A stretch of DNA of 64,000 nt from assembly GCA_000708835.1 (NCBI GenBank), contig DF237026.1, positions 124,001-188,000 of the forward strand, in the 5' to 3' direction. Origin of the DNA: Klebsormidium nitens. Its lineage: Eukaryota > Plantae > Klebsormidiophyceae. Every line of letters starts with the position of its first letter. The stretch's first letter is position 1. Below, piece after piece: positions 49,519 through 63,000 of this stretch. The notes under the pieces were generated by a model. That model made no database searches and had not been told where the DNA came from. It saw only the letters and a program-made list of their open reading frames with translations. The position numbers and the translations under genes were made by a program.

Positions 49519-52500
49519 TTATGACGAATTCCGCTCGGATTTTGGGCCATCTAAATAAGGCTTCGCGAGCACCGCCAGAACCAGCGTCCCCAGCGTCAGC
49601 ACCGTGATGCACTCCCACGGAATGAACTGCGAGAGGGGGATGCGCAGCGCCACCGAGTATGACCACAGCGACCCCCCCAAAAACGGCCCCGCCGCGCGCG
49701 CAAACGCGCCGATCGAGTGGCTGAACCCCGTAACCGCACCCATGTTTGAACTATCCGTCGAATTGCTGACGAGGACCATCGCCCCCGTGAACCCCATGCA
49801 CGCCGCCACGTTCTTTTCGATCAGCAGGCCCGCGACCGCCCACCACTGCCACGTGGCATTCGACGTCAGCAGCGACGTCAGCGGCATGAGGAGCGTCGCA
49901 GGGAGGTAGAGTAGGGTCCCGAGCGCGAAGCACGCACGCGCAGAGGGCGGGTTGAGCTTGAGAAAAACTAGGGTGAAGAGGAAAAGGACGGCGCCGGTAA
50001 GGCCCCCCAGGAGGCCGATGGTGGAAGCCGCGTAGCCGAGGCCGCCGCTCGCAGGGGACGCCGCGCCGAAGATGGGGAAGAGCTCGTCTGAAAGAGGACA
50101 ATTAAGGGTGTCATGGTTAAGGACTTCGGACAAAGGAGAATTGAATGGCTTGTCCGAAGGGAGGGGGGGAGAAAGGTGGCGCACCGAAAATAGGGAACAG
50201 CTCGTCTGCAAGACGGGGGGACGCTAATGTTAGAGACTATACATCGAAAGCCAAGAACGGGGAAGGGCTTGTTTGGAACGGTGGGGAATGGTGGCTTTAC
50301 CAACGACACTGACAGTCGACTGAGGGTCTGAAGACTTCAACTTGCAAGGTAGTCGTCTATAAGGAGCAAGGGAAGAAGCCAGTTCTTGAACTGCTGAGAA
50401 TCCAGCCTGCCGAAGCTTCGCGATGCGACTCTGTCTCTTACAGGACAGAGTGGCCAATTTGACTCGGGAAGCACTTTGAAGCAGTTTGAAGCAGCACTCC
50501 TGTTACGTCAGCATTTCAACTTGGGAAGCAGCCCATCAGTCATTCTCTCTGCTCTGCCCTTCTAACGTCAACCGGCAATTCCCTGTTGTACCGATGTCGA
50601 CTCGCATACACCTCGAATCTGTTTCTGAGAACCAAGCGTCACCAGACAAAGCAAGACCCGCAGGCAACCGAACCGCATAAGCTGCCACTACCGTTCAGTC
50701 ACCGTCGAAAGACAGAAGCTGCCAAAAGAGATTACTTCACCCTCACCTCCGATGATGTGAATGAAAGCAGTCATCCCATACGTCCCAGAAGCAATCCACA
50801 CGTCGGGGTCCTGCCAGTAGAACCGGTCCTTCGTGGCTGCCGCCCCGCCTTTGATTGAACTTGAAGCCCCGACCTTGTCGGGACCCGATTCTAGATCCGG
50901 TAGCTTCTCATACCGAACGCCGTCGACTTTCGTCCTCCCCTTTGCTGCGCCCTTCCCGTTTCCTATTCCTGTGAGCAAAACTCCCAGTTTCAGCTCGTCA
51001 TGCTTTCCATCATTTGCTAGGCTATCCGTCTTCCCTCGCCCACTCACGGACGGCTCAGCCGCTTCCTCTACGGTTCCTGCAAGCGCGTTTTCCTCCAGTC
51101 TAGTTCCCCTCGTCGCTGCCCCCCCGCTTTCCACCGCTCTCCTCTCCGTAGTAGTGTCAAAGTCCCCACTGAGCATCCCATGCTCGCCTCTTGACACCAG
51201 CTCCACTCCGTTCGCCCCACCGTTCACCTGAGCCACGATTCTAGCTACGGCGGATTCGCTGCTTCTTCCCACTTTGCTTTTACCGCTTGAACGAAGCTTG
51301 CTTTCCAGAGGTTCTAACAGAAACCCCCTCTCCTCGTCCCCCTCCGACCTTGCTCTAAAATCCTCTAAGGAGGCCTCAAGTTCACCAGACTGCCCTTCGC
51401 TAACAGACACACTCCCGGAACCCTTAGCCGGTTTTGTCTCGACCAGCTCAAACGTCTCGTCCTCAATCTTCGCAAACCCAGGTTCCTTAACGAGGGTCTC
51501 CCGCAGGAAAAACGTCGCGACCGCAGCGACGCCAGAGAAGAACGCGGCTCCAGCGCACGGGAGAATGAACGGGTACGTTTTCAAAACCGCTGGGCACTTT
51601 TCTATTCCGTACTGCTGACAAGGGCGTGCCCCCACGCCCCCAATGACTTGCCCCGCAATCGTACCGATGCCCCACCCGAGGCTCAGCACCGCAAACCCCT
51701 GCCGCTGGTTCGTTTTGTCACACAACTCCCCCAGGGTCGACTTGGTCACCGTGATAACCCCGTTCAGTAACCCGCCCACTAACCTCACGAGACACGCCAT
51801 CGTGTAGCTGCCGGACAGTCCGAAGAGGAGAGCGGACACGGCTGCGACGACGTTCCCAGAAAAGAGGACGGGTTTGCGCCCGGTGCGGTCCGAAACGGAG
51901 CCCCAGAAGAGGGAGGTGCAGAACTGGGCGAAGGGGAAGAGGGATGCGAGGAACCCGGCATAGCGGCCGACGAGGTGGGGGTTGTGCTCGGCGACCCCAA
52001 AGTCTGAAAAACAAAGAGTCAAACTTTAGCTTCCCATTTGAATGGACCACGAAATTGTGAAACAAGGGGTACGCTTCCAGTTGAACTGCACCTCAAGATC
52101 TGGAGTTGCGCTCTCCCACTTGCTCGAAGTTAGATTGACAATCACAACGTGGAGCAAGGTCAGCAACCCAAAATTCTGGACAAGGGAACCTTCCGCTAAC
52201 AAAAGGAGCGACGAAGTGGTGATTGTGGCACAGTTTTCTACTCTGTTCTTGCTCACTGGAAGGCCAGAATCTGCGAGGTCGGTACTTTCGGGGTGGTGTG
52301 GGCTTTGTCAACCAGATTGCGGAATCTAACGAGGAAGGATTGCTCAAAAATCAACAGAGGGTTTTCTTGCCTTTGTCGAAGTTTGAGAAATGGAACATTC
52401 TCCTCTGCAAAAAGTCCATCTCAAACAAGAAGATCCTCTTCACCAATGCCAGAAGTCTCAAGAATCGGGAAGGGCATATGGGCAACACTTTGAAACCACT

Positions 52501-53261
52501 ATTGCTGGATGGCAAGAATGGCTCAGATGGTCAATTGGACCCTGCTCCAATCAAAAGACAGGTAGCGCTTATAAGCATGTCACTCAGATGGTATCTGTTT
52601 CTCCTTGGACCTTGCTGGATTGCTTCAAGTACATTCAAGCTTCTTCTGCTTAGAACCATACCACCTAAACATCGGCCTCAATCAACCAATGCAACAAAGC
52701 CTCCCTATGTTCAAGAGTCTGGATTGAAGACTGCTTCGCTTCAAGCAATCATGTGGCCAAAATCTGTAGGTCCTACTTATCCAGTGATGTAGTCTCCCCC
52801 CTGGCAAGTATGCATGCTTGGCATGCACGATGATCACTACCATGTTTCAGTTCAGCCATGAGAAAGTCCGGAAAAGAAACCTACCATACACCCGACGTGC
52901 ACAACCACCACCCCCATCAAGATAACGAACTCCAACATCTGAGCGAAAATCCAACCAGCTAACTTGGTAGTACTTCTTCCAATCCCTACAAGCTTTCAAC
53001 CTGAAGGCTCCTGATTCAACATCCAGACATCAAAACAAGACGGCCAAAATCATCTTTGAAAGTCCTAGAGATGAATCAAGCAAAAGCCTCTCTCTCACCT
53101 GTGACCATGAACACAATCAGCGGGAACAGCATCGTCACTTGAAAGCCCTGACTAAGGTGGATCAAAAAGATGACCACCATCTCAGTGCTCGGAAGGGGGG
53201 TCGTCGCAGGATCCGCCCTGGCTCCTGCTCCCACCACCTTTTTCCAGCTCCAGCGCCCCAT
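49519..53261 (-). CDS. Major facilitator superfamily transporter, ZIF/ZIFL-like, ~662 aa
   Basis: Exons 53261-53099, 52003-50747 and 50087-49519 are in phase. Motifs LFPLIVFMVTDFGV, GRYAGFLAS, FWGSVSDRTGRKPV, CDKTNQRQGF..LSLGWGIGTIAG, YPFILPC and MGAVTGFSHSIGAFARAAGPFLGGSLWS. Confidence 0.9.
50060..50225 (-). repeat. Duplicated acceptor junction of the last MFS exon
   Basis: Minus-strand TTGCAG|ACGAGCTGTTCCCTATTTTCGGTGCG at 50205 vs TTTCAG|ACGAGCTCTTCCCCATCTTCGGCGCG at 50087 (real), 118 bp apart. Confidence 0.85.
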
Positions 53262-54025
53262 AGCAACGAAATAGTTCTGGCGCCGATGTGGCGCCACGCA
53301 AGAAAGTAACTTAGCTACTGGGTGGCTGGCTTAAAATCCCCATTGAGGCGCCAAATCATTGCAGGAACATTGCTGAGAGCTTGTAGCTTGATCTGGTCGT
53401 GACGTTTGCGTCGCTCGATCTTTGGCAGCCCTGCTTCTTGAAATATGAACTTGGAAGTTCTAAGTTACTAATCTAAGCAGGCAACCATATTATTATTGGC
53501 ATGAGCACGGGCCTGCGCCACGTCGCCAATTGTCGAGCTGCAGGCGCGCCCTTCTGATATGATCCGCTCGAAGTCTGGCCGCGGAACCGAAAAGCAGTCA
53601 GTCTTCGGAAACGGAATCTCGTTGTAGGCCAAGTCATCCCACGTGGACGCGGCGCGCATCCTGATTGGTCAAGAAGAGGTGATTGACAGCACTGGAGTCT
53701 GGGACGCGCATAATGCGCAGGAAGTACGCGTTACGCATGTGTTGTTCCTTCTTAACTTCCGACCCATGGACACTGGAAAGCTAGCTCTATTAATCGTGCC
53801 GAGACGCCTACCAGACTGGCTAACTGCCAACTTCTTAACCTTTTAGCGTGACGCATCGACGATTCAGTCTCCTTCCCACGTTGAACCCTAATAATTTGCC
53901 CGTCATTATTGCTCAATCACGGAGAGGCAGCCAAAGCAGCTTCCACTGTCCACTTCTACGGCTCCCTGCAGATGAAGCACACGGCTTCACAAGCTGGAAG
54001 GAAAGGAGGCCTACTTTGATCTGCA

Positions 54026-57000
54026 ATGGCGGGCGTTCCTGCGCCGCGGCCCAAGCCGGAGCACCTCCTGCTCAAATGGGCCGGCACGGTCTTGGAAAAG
54101 TCTGAGGATGAGTGGACCGACGTTGACGCGTTCAGAGATGGGAGGCTGCTGCTAGAGTTGCTTGATCGCTTGTGGCTCGGGGGGAGTTCTAGCAATCAGA
54201 CAGACAGCGATACCATTTTAGAAGCAGACATTCCCGGATCCAAGGTGGACACAATCTTTCAGGATGAAGGAGGAGGGTTCCAAGGTGGGGTCAGGATAAG
54301 CAGGGAAGCACAGCCTGAGCTGACACTGTGCGTGTCTCCAAAGACTCTGGCAGCAAAGGGCAAGGCTGCCGGTGTCAATCTGGACGTCTCGACATTGGAG
54401 AAGGTGAAGGAAGGGGATGGCGCGGCGCTCCACGAGACGCTGTTGTCCATGTATCGGCCCTGGATCATGCAGAATGGGCAGAAAGGGGTCAGGCGGGTGT
54501 CTAAGGGGCAGGTTAGTGAGACCGCAAAAGTGAAGAAGACGGCAATTGGGGATGAAAGTGTGGAAGCTAGCAGTGGAGCTTCCGAAGGGGGGAGTGGGCT
54601 GAAGGTAACAGGATCAGAGAAGGAGGATGAGACTCAAGCAGGGGCGGGCGAGAATTCGCTCGGTGGTTCACAAGGCCAAAGTAAGTTGGTGGCGAGGGGG
54701 AAAGAGAAAGTGGGAGCTGGAGCTGCGAACAATCAAAAAGATTCTGAGAGAGCTCCAGAGGCGCTGGAAGGGGCACAAAAAGATGCACCAATGGCAAGAA
54801 AAGAAGAGGAGAGAGCAGAAAACGCGGTGGTTGCGGCGAGGGCAGAAACACTTAGGGGCGGCGCAATAAGTGCTGACATACCTCCGGGGGCGGCAAGTGT
54901 CGCATCGGCAGCCGGTGAGCCAAGCCAACCAGGGAAGAGAGCGAGGGCGAACGTTTTGAAGCAGCTCAACACGAAAGCAAGAGCTGGGTTAGTGGCTGGT
55001 CACATCGAGAAGATTGCTTCACCAACGTCAGCTGGCGAGTTCGTCGGCAGAGCTGGGGACAGGATTCAGAGTGGGGTGTCTCCAGCTTTGGTTGAAAGTG
55101 ATGGGGTTCAGGCTGCAGATCTGGTTAGGGAGGGGGCAGACGCAACCAGCGAGGAAGAGAAGCAGGATGTCGCTGTCACGACGAAAGGGAGCCCCGCAAA
55201 TCCGGAAGTTAAAGATGCAGAAAGCGATGGTGGCTCATCTTCATCGCTGTCGGTCCAGGACAAGAAAGTGATACTCAGCGACAGTGCCAAGTCGGAGACC
55301 CTGAGTGGGTCCGCGACAACGGGGTCAGCGAAACAGACAAGGTTTGAGAAAGCGGCGGAGCCAGACAGAAATGGCGACAGTGGAGACGGCGCCAAGTGGC
55401 GGGCTCCCCTTCCGCCGCGATCAGCGTACAGTGCTTCAGACGGCCAGCTGATGTCGGCACGGGCCTGGCTCGCCGACATCATCGCTGGTGTCAGCGCTGA
55501 TGTCAGCGAACGTCCCAGCCCGCCCGAGTTTGAGAGCGGGGTCGCGCATGTCCGCGCCTGCGAGCTGCTGCTTGACACCAATTCCGACTCCGAGCTGAGG
55601 CGATTCGGAGTTGACGAGCCGGTGTCAATGACTGAGAGGCGGGTGACATTTGTGTATGAGCAGCTGAGGTCGCATGGTGCAAGGGTGTCGAACCTGAGGC
55701 GGCGGAAGAGGTCTAGCGGGGGAGCGATCGACGGGGAAAAGCTAGGGGCGGAGGCAGAGATCGAGTTGGCTGAGACGCTGATGTCAGCGGCCGCGGAGCT
55801 GGGGTTGAGCGTTCCGAGGGCGGTGGAACGGATCAGGTGAGCTACGATATCACTGCTGAAATTTGTCGAGCGTTGAAGGATTTCTTGACTCTCCAGCGAA
55901 GTTGTTGTGTTCTTTCCCTGCAATCGTTACTTCACATTCTTTTGGATTGGATTGAGCGGTTCAGAACGACCATGCAAGAGTTGCCCTGAATGCCATTGGA
56001 CCCTTGAGGACATTGTTGAGAAATCAGGGCAATCCCGTTCTGAAGTCGAGCAACTGCAAAACGTCTTCTGTCAACCACCTTTTGGCAACAGAAAGGCAGC
56101 TTCCGACTGCATATAGTCCCTCCTGTCGAAAACTTCACGCCGCTGTCGACTCCGAGGAAAGTCGAGAGCATCCACCCTTACAGCTCTTTCTTCTCTATCT
56201 GACGACGACCTCAAAAGATACCAAAGTCACGCACACGGGTTCCGATGCAACTGTACTACCAATGGGATCTAATGGAGGGCATATTGAATTTCTCACTCGA
56301 CACTCTCTGCTTCATACTGCAGGGAGCTGACTGGTGTGAAAGAACACCCGTACGATTGGGAAGACGCCCTCCAACTGTGGGTCAACGCAGTCCTGGCGGA
56401 TCACCACAGCAGGACACCTGTCAAAGACGCGAAAGCCGACGAAGGGTGAGCTAATGCTCCTGTCCTTTCTGTTTCCTGCTCTTTGAATCTGTCGAGGGCA
56501 TTAACGAAGTGCGGCGCGGGCAAATCCGGGAAACTCTACGTAGATACGAGAGTCGAGTTGAACGGTGAGGCTTTCGAGGACGCCTGATGGAGTAGCTTGG
56601 TCGACAATGACTCGTTCTGAACCCAAGGCTTGACGGAAAGGAAGTGAATCCAGATGTGACGTCATTGCGAGACTTCCAAGAATGTCATCAGGACGATGTC
56701 GTCTCAACATGTTGGGAGTGCCAGTAACTGATTGCCGTCTATCTCGTTTGAAATTTATTTGAAACTCAGCTCTGACAATCATGGGGTCGTGAACCAAGCG
56801 TTTGACGCGTAGATTTCACCTGTATTCCTGAGACGACGGGAGCCTGGAATGCAAACACTCAAATCTCAGGCCCTTGACGGGAGGAAAGGATTGGTAGGCA
56901 GCAGCCTCTCGCCTGTTCCTTGAACCGCATGCAGTATCAAATGATATTGATTCCCAACCTTTTGATTCTCGAACCCGGTCCAGAAAGTGACGAGAAAGAA

Positions 57001-60000
57001 CCGCAACGGTCTGCCTCTTATTTCGAGTCGTCAGAGGCGTCCGTCATGAATCTCCATCCTCTACCTGACGATGCATTCGCTGGCCAAGACTTCCCTTCTT
57101 GCCGTGCCAGAGTTTTGATGAAACCTCATCCCAGCGAATTCCCCCATGTTTCGCTAGGCTGCTCTGCGTCGACGACCTGTTGCCAAGGAAGTTTTTCCCC
57201 GTTATTCCGGATGTCACCAGCTCGCCTGTCAAACAATCATGTTTCTCCCCGTGCCAGACTGTACGTGGACGTTATTCCAATGTCATTTTACCCTAGAACA
57301 TCAAAACCCTTTAACCCAAACCCTTTTTCCTGCCAGGTTGCTCTGCATCGACGACTTGTTGCCAAGAATATCGTCTCCGCTCATCCCGTACGTTAGTAGC
57401 TCGCCTGTCAAACCTTCATTTACTCCCCTTGCCAGACCGTACGCGGACGTCATTAATCCTCATCTTAGTCCTGGTATTCTCAAAACGTTAACCAAACTCT
57501 TTTCCCGCCAGGCTGCTCTGCATCGACGACTTATTAGTTGACCTCAGCGACGGCCGCGCGCTCGCAGTCCTCCTCCACTCCCTCTCCCCCACGCTCATCG
57601 ATCCACGTGGCATCCCCCTCGACCGCCAGCTGTCACGCTCCGAAACCGCCCACGTCATCGGCTTGATCCAGCACGCCGCCCGCACGATCCGGGTCCCCTT
57701 TCCGCTGACGCCTGCTGACCTCATCTACGGTCACGCTGGCGTCAAGCCCGCCCTCCTCTACTTTCTGGCGGCTATCTTCCGGACCTTCGAGCAGAAAGAG
57801 CCGTTGCTGCCCGTCGTTCGAAAAGTTCCGTCGTCGAAAGGTGCGAAGACGGGGAGCGAGCCTGGAGCTGTCCGTTCCGGCGAGACGATATCCGCAGGCC
57901 CACCTGATTGGATACCGGAACCCCGGAAAACCGAGTCGCCTCATCGAAGAGGATCCTCGGAAATCCCTGATCCGCGCTGGGAAATTGAGGCCCCTGCAGT
58001 TAGCTCGTCTTCTGGGCGACCAGAAAGTGGACGAAGTCAATTGGGAGGTCGCTATTTGTCTTTCGGTCGCCCTGCAAGCAAAGAATCAACCTCGCCCACG
58101 GCCGACATTCCGGTTGAAACAGTTGATTCCGCTCGGAGCACGCAGGACAGCATGAGTGCGGAAACCCCAAGCGGTGGGGTAAAAGACGGGTCCCGGCGAA
58201 GAAGCAGTTCAGTCGAAAAGCGGGCGGGGAGCGCTTCACCGGGCAGCCAAGATGTAGGGGAGACGCCGGCGAAGCAAAATCCCCTCGGCTCCAGAACGAC
58301 GTCAACGCGTTCCTCCAGGACCACGTCAGCAAAACCTTCCAGGTTGACGTCACCCGACTCCTCCCGGCTGACGTCGGCACGCTCTTCCGGACGGTTGGCC
58401 GTCAGTCCGACCATGATCTCTAGCGGCGGGGTGGCGAACCTGGAAAGCGATTTCCAGCCCGGTGCTGACGTCACTGGATTCGTCAGCGCGCTGCCGAGTG
58501 CATCGATGACGTCAGAGGATGCCCGGGCCGTCCGGCAGGCGAATCTGTGGGCGCTGCTGAATCGAGCGGAGGCGAACGCGGCCACCGCCGCGGCGTCGCT
58601 ATCGCTGGTCCGGGAGCGGCTCTCCGAGGAGCTCTCCGCCAGAACCGGGCCGGAACGGAACCCAAACGGATCGCCGACAAGGACCCAGATGGTGAAGAGT
58701 GGGGTGGGAAGAGGGAGCAAAGAGAAAAGCGGGTCGGCACGGATGTCGGCAGAGGTTGGAATGGTGGGAAGGGCAGAGGGAGCGGTTGCGAGGGCCTCTT
58801 CCGCTCCGGTTCCGCTGGCGGAGTTCCGTTTCGAGGGCGGACTGGAGGACGAGGATATGGTGCGCATTGGGGAGCCGAGTGCGGTGGAGCTTGGTTCAGA
58901 GCCGAGCGGAACTAGGATGGGGGGTTTGGAGATGGCGGACCGGGAAAACTTGGCGAATGCCTCAGAGATGAGTTCCGGGCAATTGGGCAGTATGAATGCG
59001 CGAAGTTCGGGCGAAGGAAAAACGGACGTCCGGACAAGGACGAAGAAGTTCTCATTGCGGACGCACCCGTTGGAAAGGTTCGAAGCTGTGGGCAGTGACC
59101 GGTTGGAAACGGTCGGAGGAGCCGCAGCGGGCGAGCGGGGAGCGGACGAGGCGGAAACGGAAACGACGGCGGAATGGACAAAAGCGGAACGAGCTGGAGC
59201 GAACACAGGGTCGCTAAGTTCATCCCAAATAAAAGAAAAGTCTGATGCCTGGGCAAGGGAAAGTAGAGCGAAAGAAAGCGCTGATCTGCCTCGTCTTTCG
59301 CTGGAGTCTCCAAGAGGCAGCGTTTTCAGAGTGCTTGACGCTTTGAAAAGCGCTTCGAGTCCCGTCGAAACCCGCAGCCTCAGTAAAGTAGGTGTTCCGC
59401 GGTTGGATCTTCCGGGGGAGTTCACGAGCCCCGTAAGTTTAAGCCCCCGAACCGAACGGTCCTCGGGGCGAAGCACCGGGCTGAAGTCCTACAGGACACG
59501 TGGCAGTCGTGTGCTCACCGAGCGGTCCGTCGAGGCGCGGCGCAGCCTCGAGGTGCAGTTCCGGCTGCTGGAGGAGCAGAAGGCGGAGTCGGACCGGAAA
59601 CGGAACGAGGGCTCGGAGGTGCGCAAGTCGCTGGAGGAGCGGAGGGCCGCGCTCGTGCGGAGGTCGCAGGAAGGGGTTGCGGGTTTTGCGGGAGGGTTAG
59701 GGGGTTTGGTTAGCGGAAACGAGAGTTTTGCGACCGGGTCTGGAGGTCTAGTGTCCGGAGGCGGCTCGATCCTGCGCGTGTTGTCCGAAAGGCTGAGCCG
59801 GAGCACGGAGGGGAGCGAGGGTGACGTGGCAGAGGCTCGGAGTGACGTCAGCGGGGTGATGACGTCAGAAGCGGCAGACCGGAAGAGTGACGGGAATGGG
59901 GCGACAAGCTACGTTGGGTCAATTGAATTGGCGGTATCAGAGGGCAGAGGATCGAGCCGGGCAAAGAGTGAAGCTCGAAGCGAAGATGCATCGAACGAGA

Positions 60001-63000
60001 ATGACAGAAAATCAGACAAGCGGCGGACTCCGGAGCTGCCACGTGGCATCCTGGATGATGCGGCCCGGGGCTTGGACGTCCGAGCTTCGACGGAGAGTGT
60101 GTCCGAAGCTCGTGCCTCGGAACAGGGCTCTGTACCTCCGCTAAACGTTCCCGCGGGACCTTTAAGGCTTTCCGCCGGTCCGCCGATTGACTCAGCGGAG
60201 CTGCGGGGTAATCCTAGCAATCCAATGAGCGTCCGGGAAAGTTCTAGCCGTCCTGCCGATGCTTTGAGGACTTCAGTTGAGACCGAGCGGAAAGAGATTG
60301 ACTGGGGCAGCCTTGACTCGGACAGCCCCGTCCGGCGGACGGAGTTTCCGTCGGACAGCGAGAGTTCCGGTCGGTTGGGGGGAGGTGCCGGAGCGGAACG
60401 GAACCCTTTCCAGGAGAAAAAGGCGGTCGACTGGGGAACGCTGCTGACCGGGGACGGGCTTGATTTAAGTAGTGACGTTAGCCGGCTGGACGACAGCATG
60501 GAGTCAAGAGGTGGGGCGGGGACGGAGCCGGATTCCGCCGGGGTGGAACCGGACTCCGCGGAGGCCGTCCGGAACGGGGAAGGTTCGGAGGAGCAAGGTG
60601 GCAGCAGCTTGTGGGGTGATGAGGGACACGTGTCGAAATGGGACAGGCGCTGGAGTCCGGAGAGTATGCACGCTGACGTCATGCACTTGGAGGCGGAAGA
60701 GAAGGAAGAGAGGGGTGGAGGGGAGGGGTTGTGGAAAGAATTGGATAATGGTGAGGCTTACTCATTACGTCATTTATCGAGCGGTATGAATTTAGAAGTC
60801 GTGCAAGAAATTGAGGAGTCTCCCGTTTGACGGAAGCCTCTACCTTCTTCGCTGGAAAGAGTACGTTCCCATTCTCCTTTCTCGTCGCCTCAAAAAGAGG
60901 GAAGAGACTCGTTTGGGCTTGTACGAAGAAGCTTTCGTGCACATCAGCTTGCCAGTATTACGTAGACCCTGGAAAGCGCACAATTGTCTCCTTCAGAAAT
61001 TCTTCCGAGCAATTCGTGTACACGCATTCGACGACTGTTTGGATGAGCTTGTCTTTAGATTGAAACCGTGAAAGAAGCGCGCCTTTGATTGCAACAACTT
61101 CTGCGCAACTCTGTCTTGTCCAATGATGCCAAGCGGAACCCAAGCACCGCAAACAGATAACAGCGTATGCATGAAAGGCGTGTACTGGCACGAATATGAA
61201 CCCTTCTGACCGCTCGTCCTCCGCAGGTCTCTCGTCGCACGAGGACGAGAAGGAGAAAGAGAACGAGAACAAGAACGAGAACGAAAACGAAGCCGAACCC
61301 AGCCTTCTTCCCGAGCGCCACTTGCGCAAGCCGCCCAAACCTGTCGCGCTCCACTTGATCGACCGCGACGACAGCGAGAAGCGCGCGCGCATGCAGCGCG
61401 CGCTCGACGAGAAGCGCGCGCATTTTCTTTTGGAGAGGCAGCTCCAGCAGGCCGCGGCCGCGGCCGCGTCGAGCCGCCGGCCGACTGACGACAGCTCCCA
61501 AAACCCCGAAACCCTTTTGGTATCGGATGTTCCTTCCGGGAAGCGGCGATCGAGCGGCTCTTCAGCGGAAGGCGACGGCGGACATCCGGCGGAAGGCGAC
61601 GGCGGACTTCCGGCAAAGGGTGGCGGCGGATCGCGGTCAAAAGGCAACAGCGGCTCGTCAGCACACGTCAGCCGCAGGGGTTCGGGGGTTTTGGACGGTC
61701 CAGCCGACGGCGGCTCGTCCGGAAAACCAAGCCGCCGGGTTTCCGGGTTGTCCGAGGATTCTGAGGACAAAGCGGGCCGCAAGCTCTCGGGGGTCAGTCC
61801 GTTTTACGCGGCGCCCCCCCGAATGTCCAACAAGAAGCTCGTCCGGAATGCGCTGAGCACGGTGTGCCTGGCCGGGGGGGCGCTCAAGCTGGAGAGGGAG
61901 CGCGCGCTTATGGTGAGCTGGCGGAGCGCTTATTTGACGTACGTCGAAGTACATCACACAAAGTTGCTAGAGTCTGATAGATACAGATGGTGCTGTGAGA
62001 GTTGCTTATTGTTGGCGGAGCAGCAAGATGCATTGACGCGGGAGCATGTTAGGGAAAGTTGATCACGGAGGCCCTCGTGGCGTCTCTCTGATCAGATGCC
62101 AAAGCTTCAACTCTGCTGAAGAGAACAGGCGACATAAGGCCCAAGGATCCCAGTCATATGCGATTAACCCTGCAATTGGATGTCAAAAACTTCGCTTGTG
62201 AGCTCGCTTGAACACCCGAGTTACTCCGTTTACACTTCCCCATTTTTGACGTCCTCCTTGATTCGTTATCCGCTTAGTACAACGGCAATGTGTGCGCCTC
62301 GTGCAGGCTCTTGACGCTTTCGACGGCGACAACTTCGTAATCCTATTCAAGGACGACAAAGGGACCAAGTTCAAGGGGTTGTACGTTTTGTCAGCGGATG
62401 GAAAAGAGGTACCCATCTGTCTTCTCCTCCCATGGTTTTTCTCTTTGCGGTCTCGATGCAAGCCGTCCAGTAGTTTCTGTAAGAGATGTAACTAGAATCC
62501 GTATTCAAGTGCGATGAGCACGACCGATGAGCACGACCCTAGTCTATCGTTGCTTTTCTACTGCTACAAGCTTCGCAGTTCTTTCCTACCCTGTTTCGCC
62601 TGATTGCGACCGCCAGCATTCCGGAAAATGGAGTGCTGAGGAGGGGTTTCAAAATCTTTCTTTTCGTCCTCTTTCTTAATTTCTCGGCCGTTATTCGAGG
62701 CAGTAAAACCGTTGAAAACCCAATTTCTTGTCAAATTTTGGCTGCTGCCCGTTGTTCGCCTGTCCTGTCCGGCGCAAAACGATTCCTTCTTTCTCTTTTA
62801 CTCCAGCAACAATCGTTCCCGTTCGCAAAGGTAGCCGGTATCGAGGCGATACCTTTTTTCACCACCGGTTGTAGAAAGAGGTTCAGTCTCTAACGCCAGA
62901 ACCGTACACAACATTCTGGGTCGGGAGCTCACTCCAAAATGAAATAGCCAGTTCGGCGGGAAAGCTCAGTCAGGAACATGCAGCTTTCTGACTACTTTGC

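Noticed and set aside
58052-59476. 474-aa minus-strand ORF, and similar long antisense ORFs at 55108-55923, 59909-60682, 60958-61782 and 50833-51231
   Set aside because: These are shadow ORFs opposite GC-rich real exons and have no recognisable motifs.
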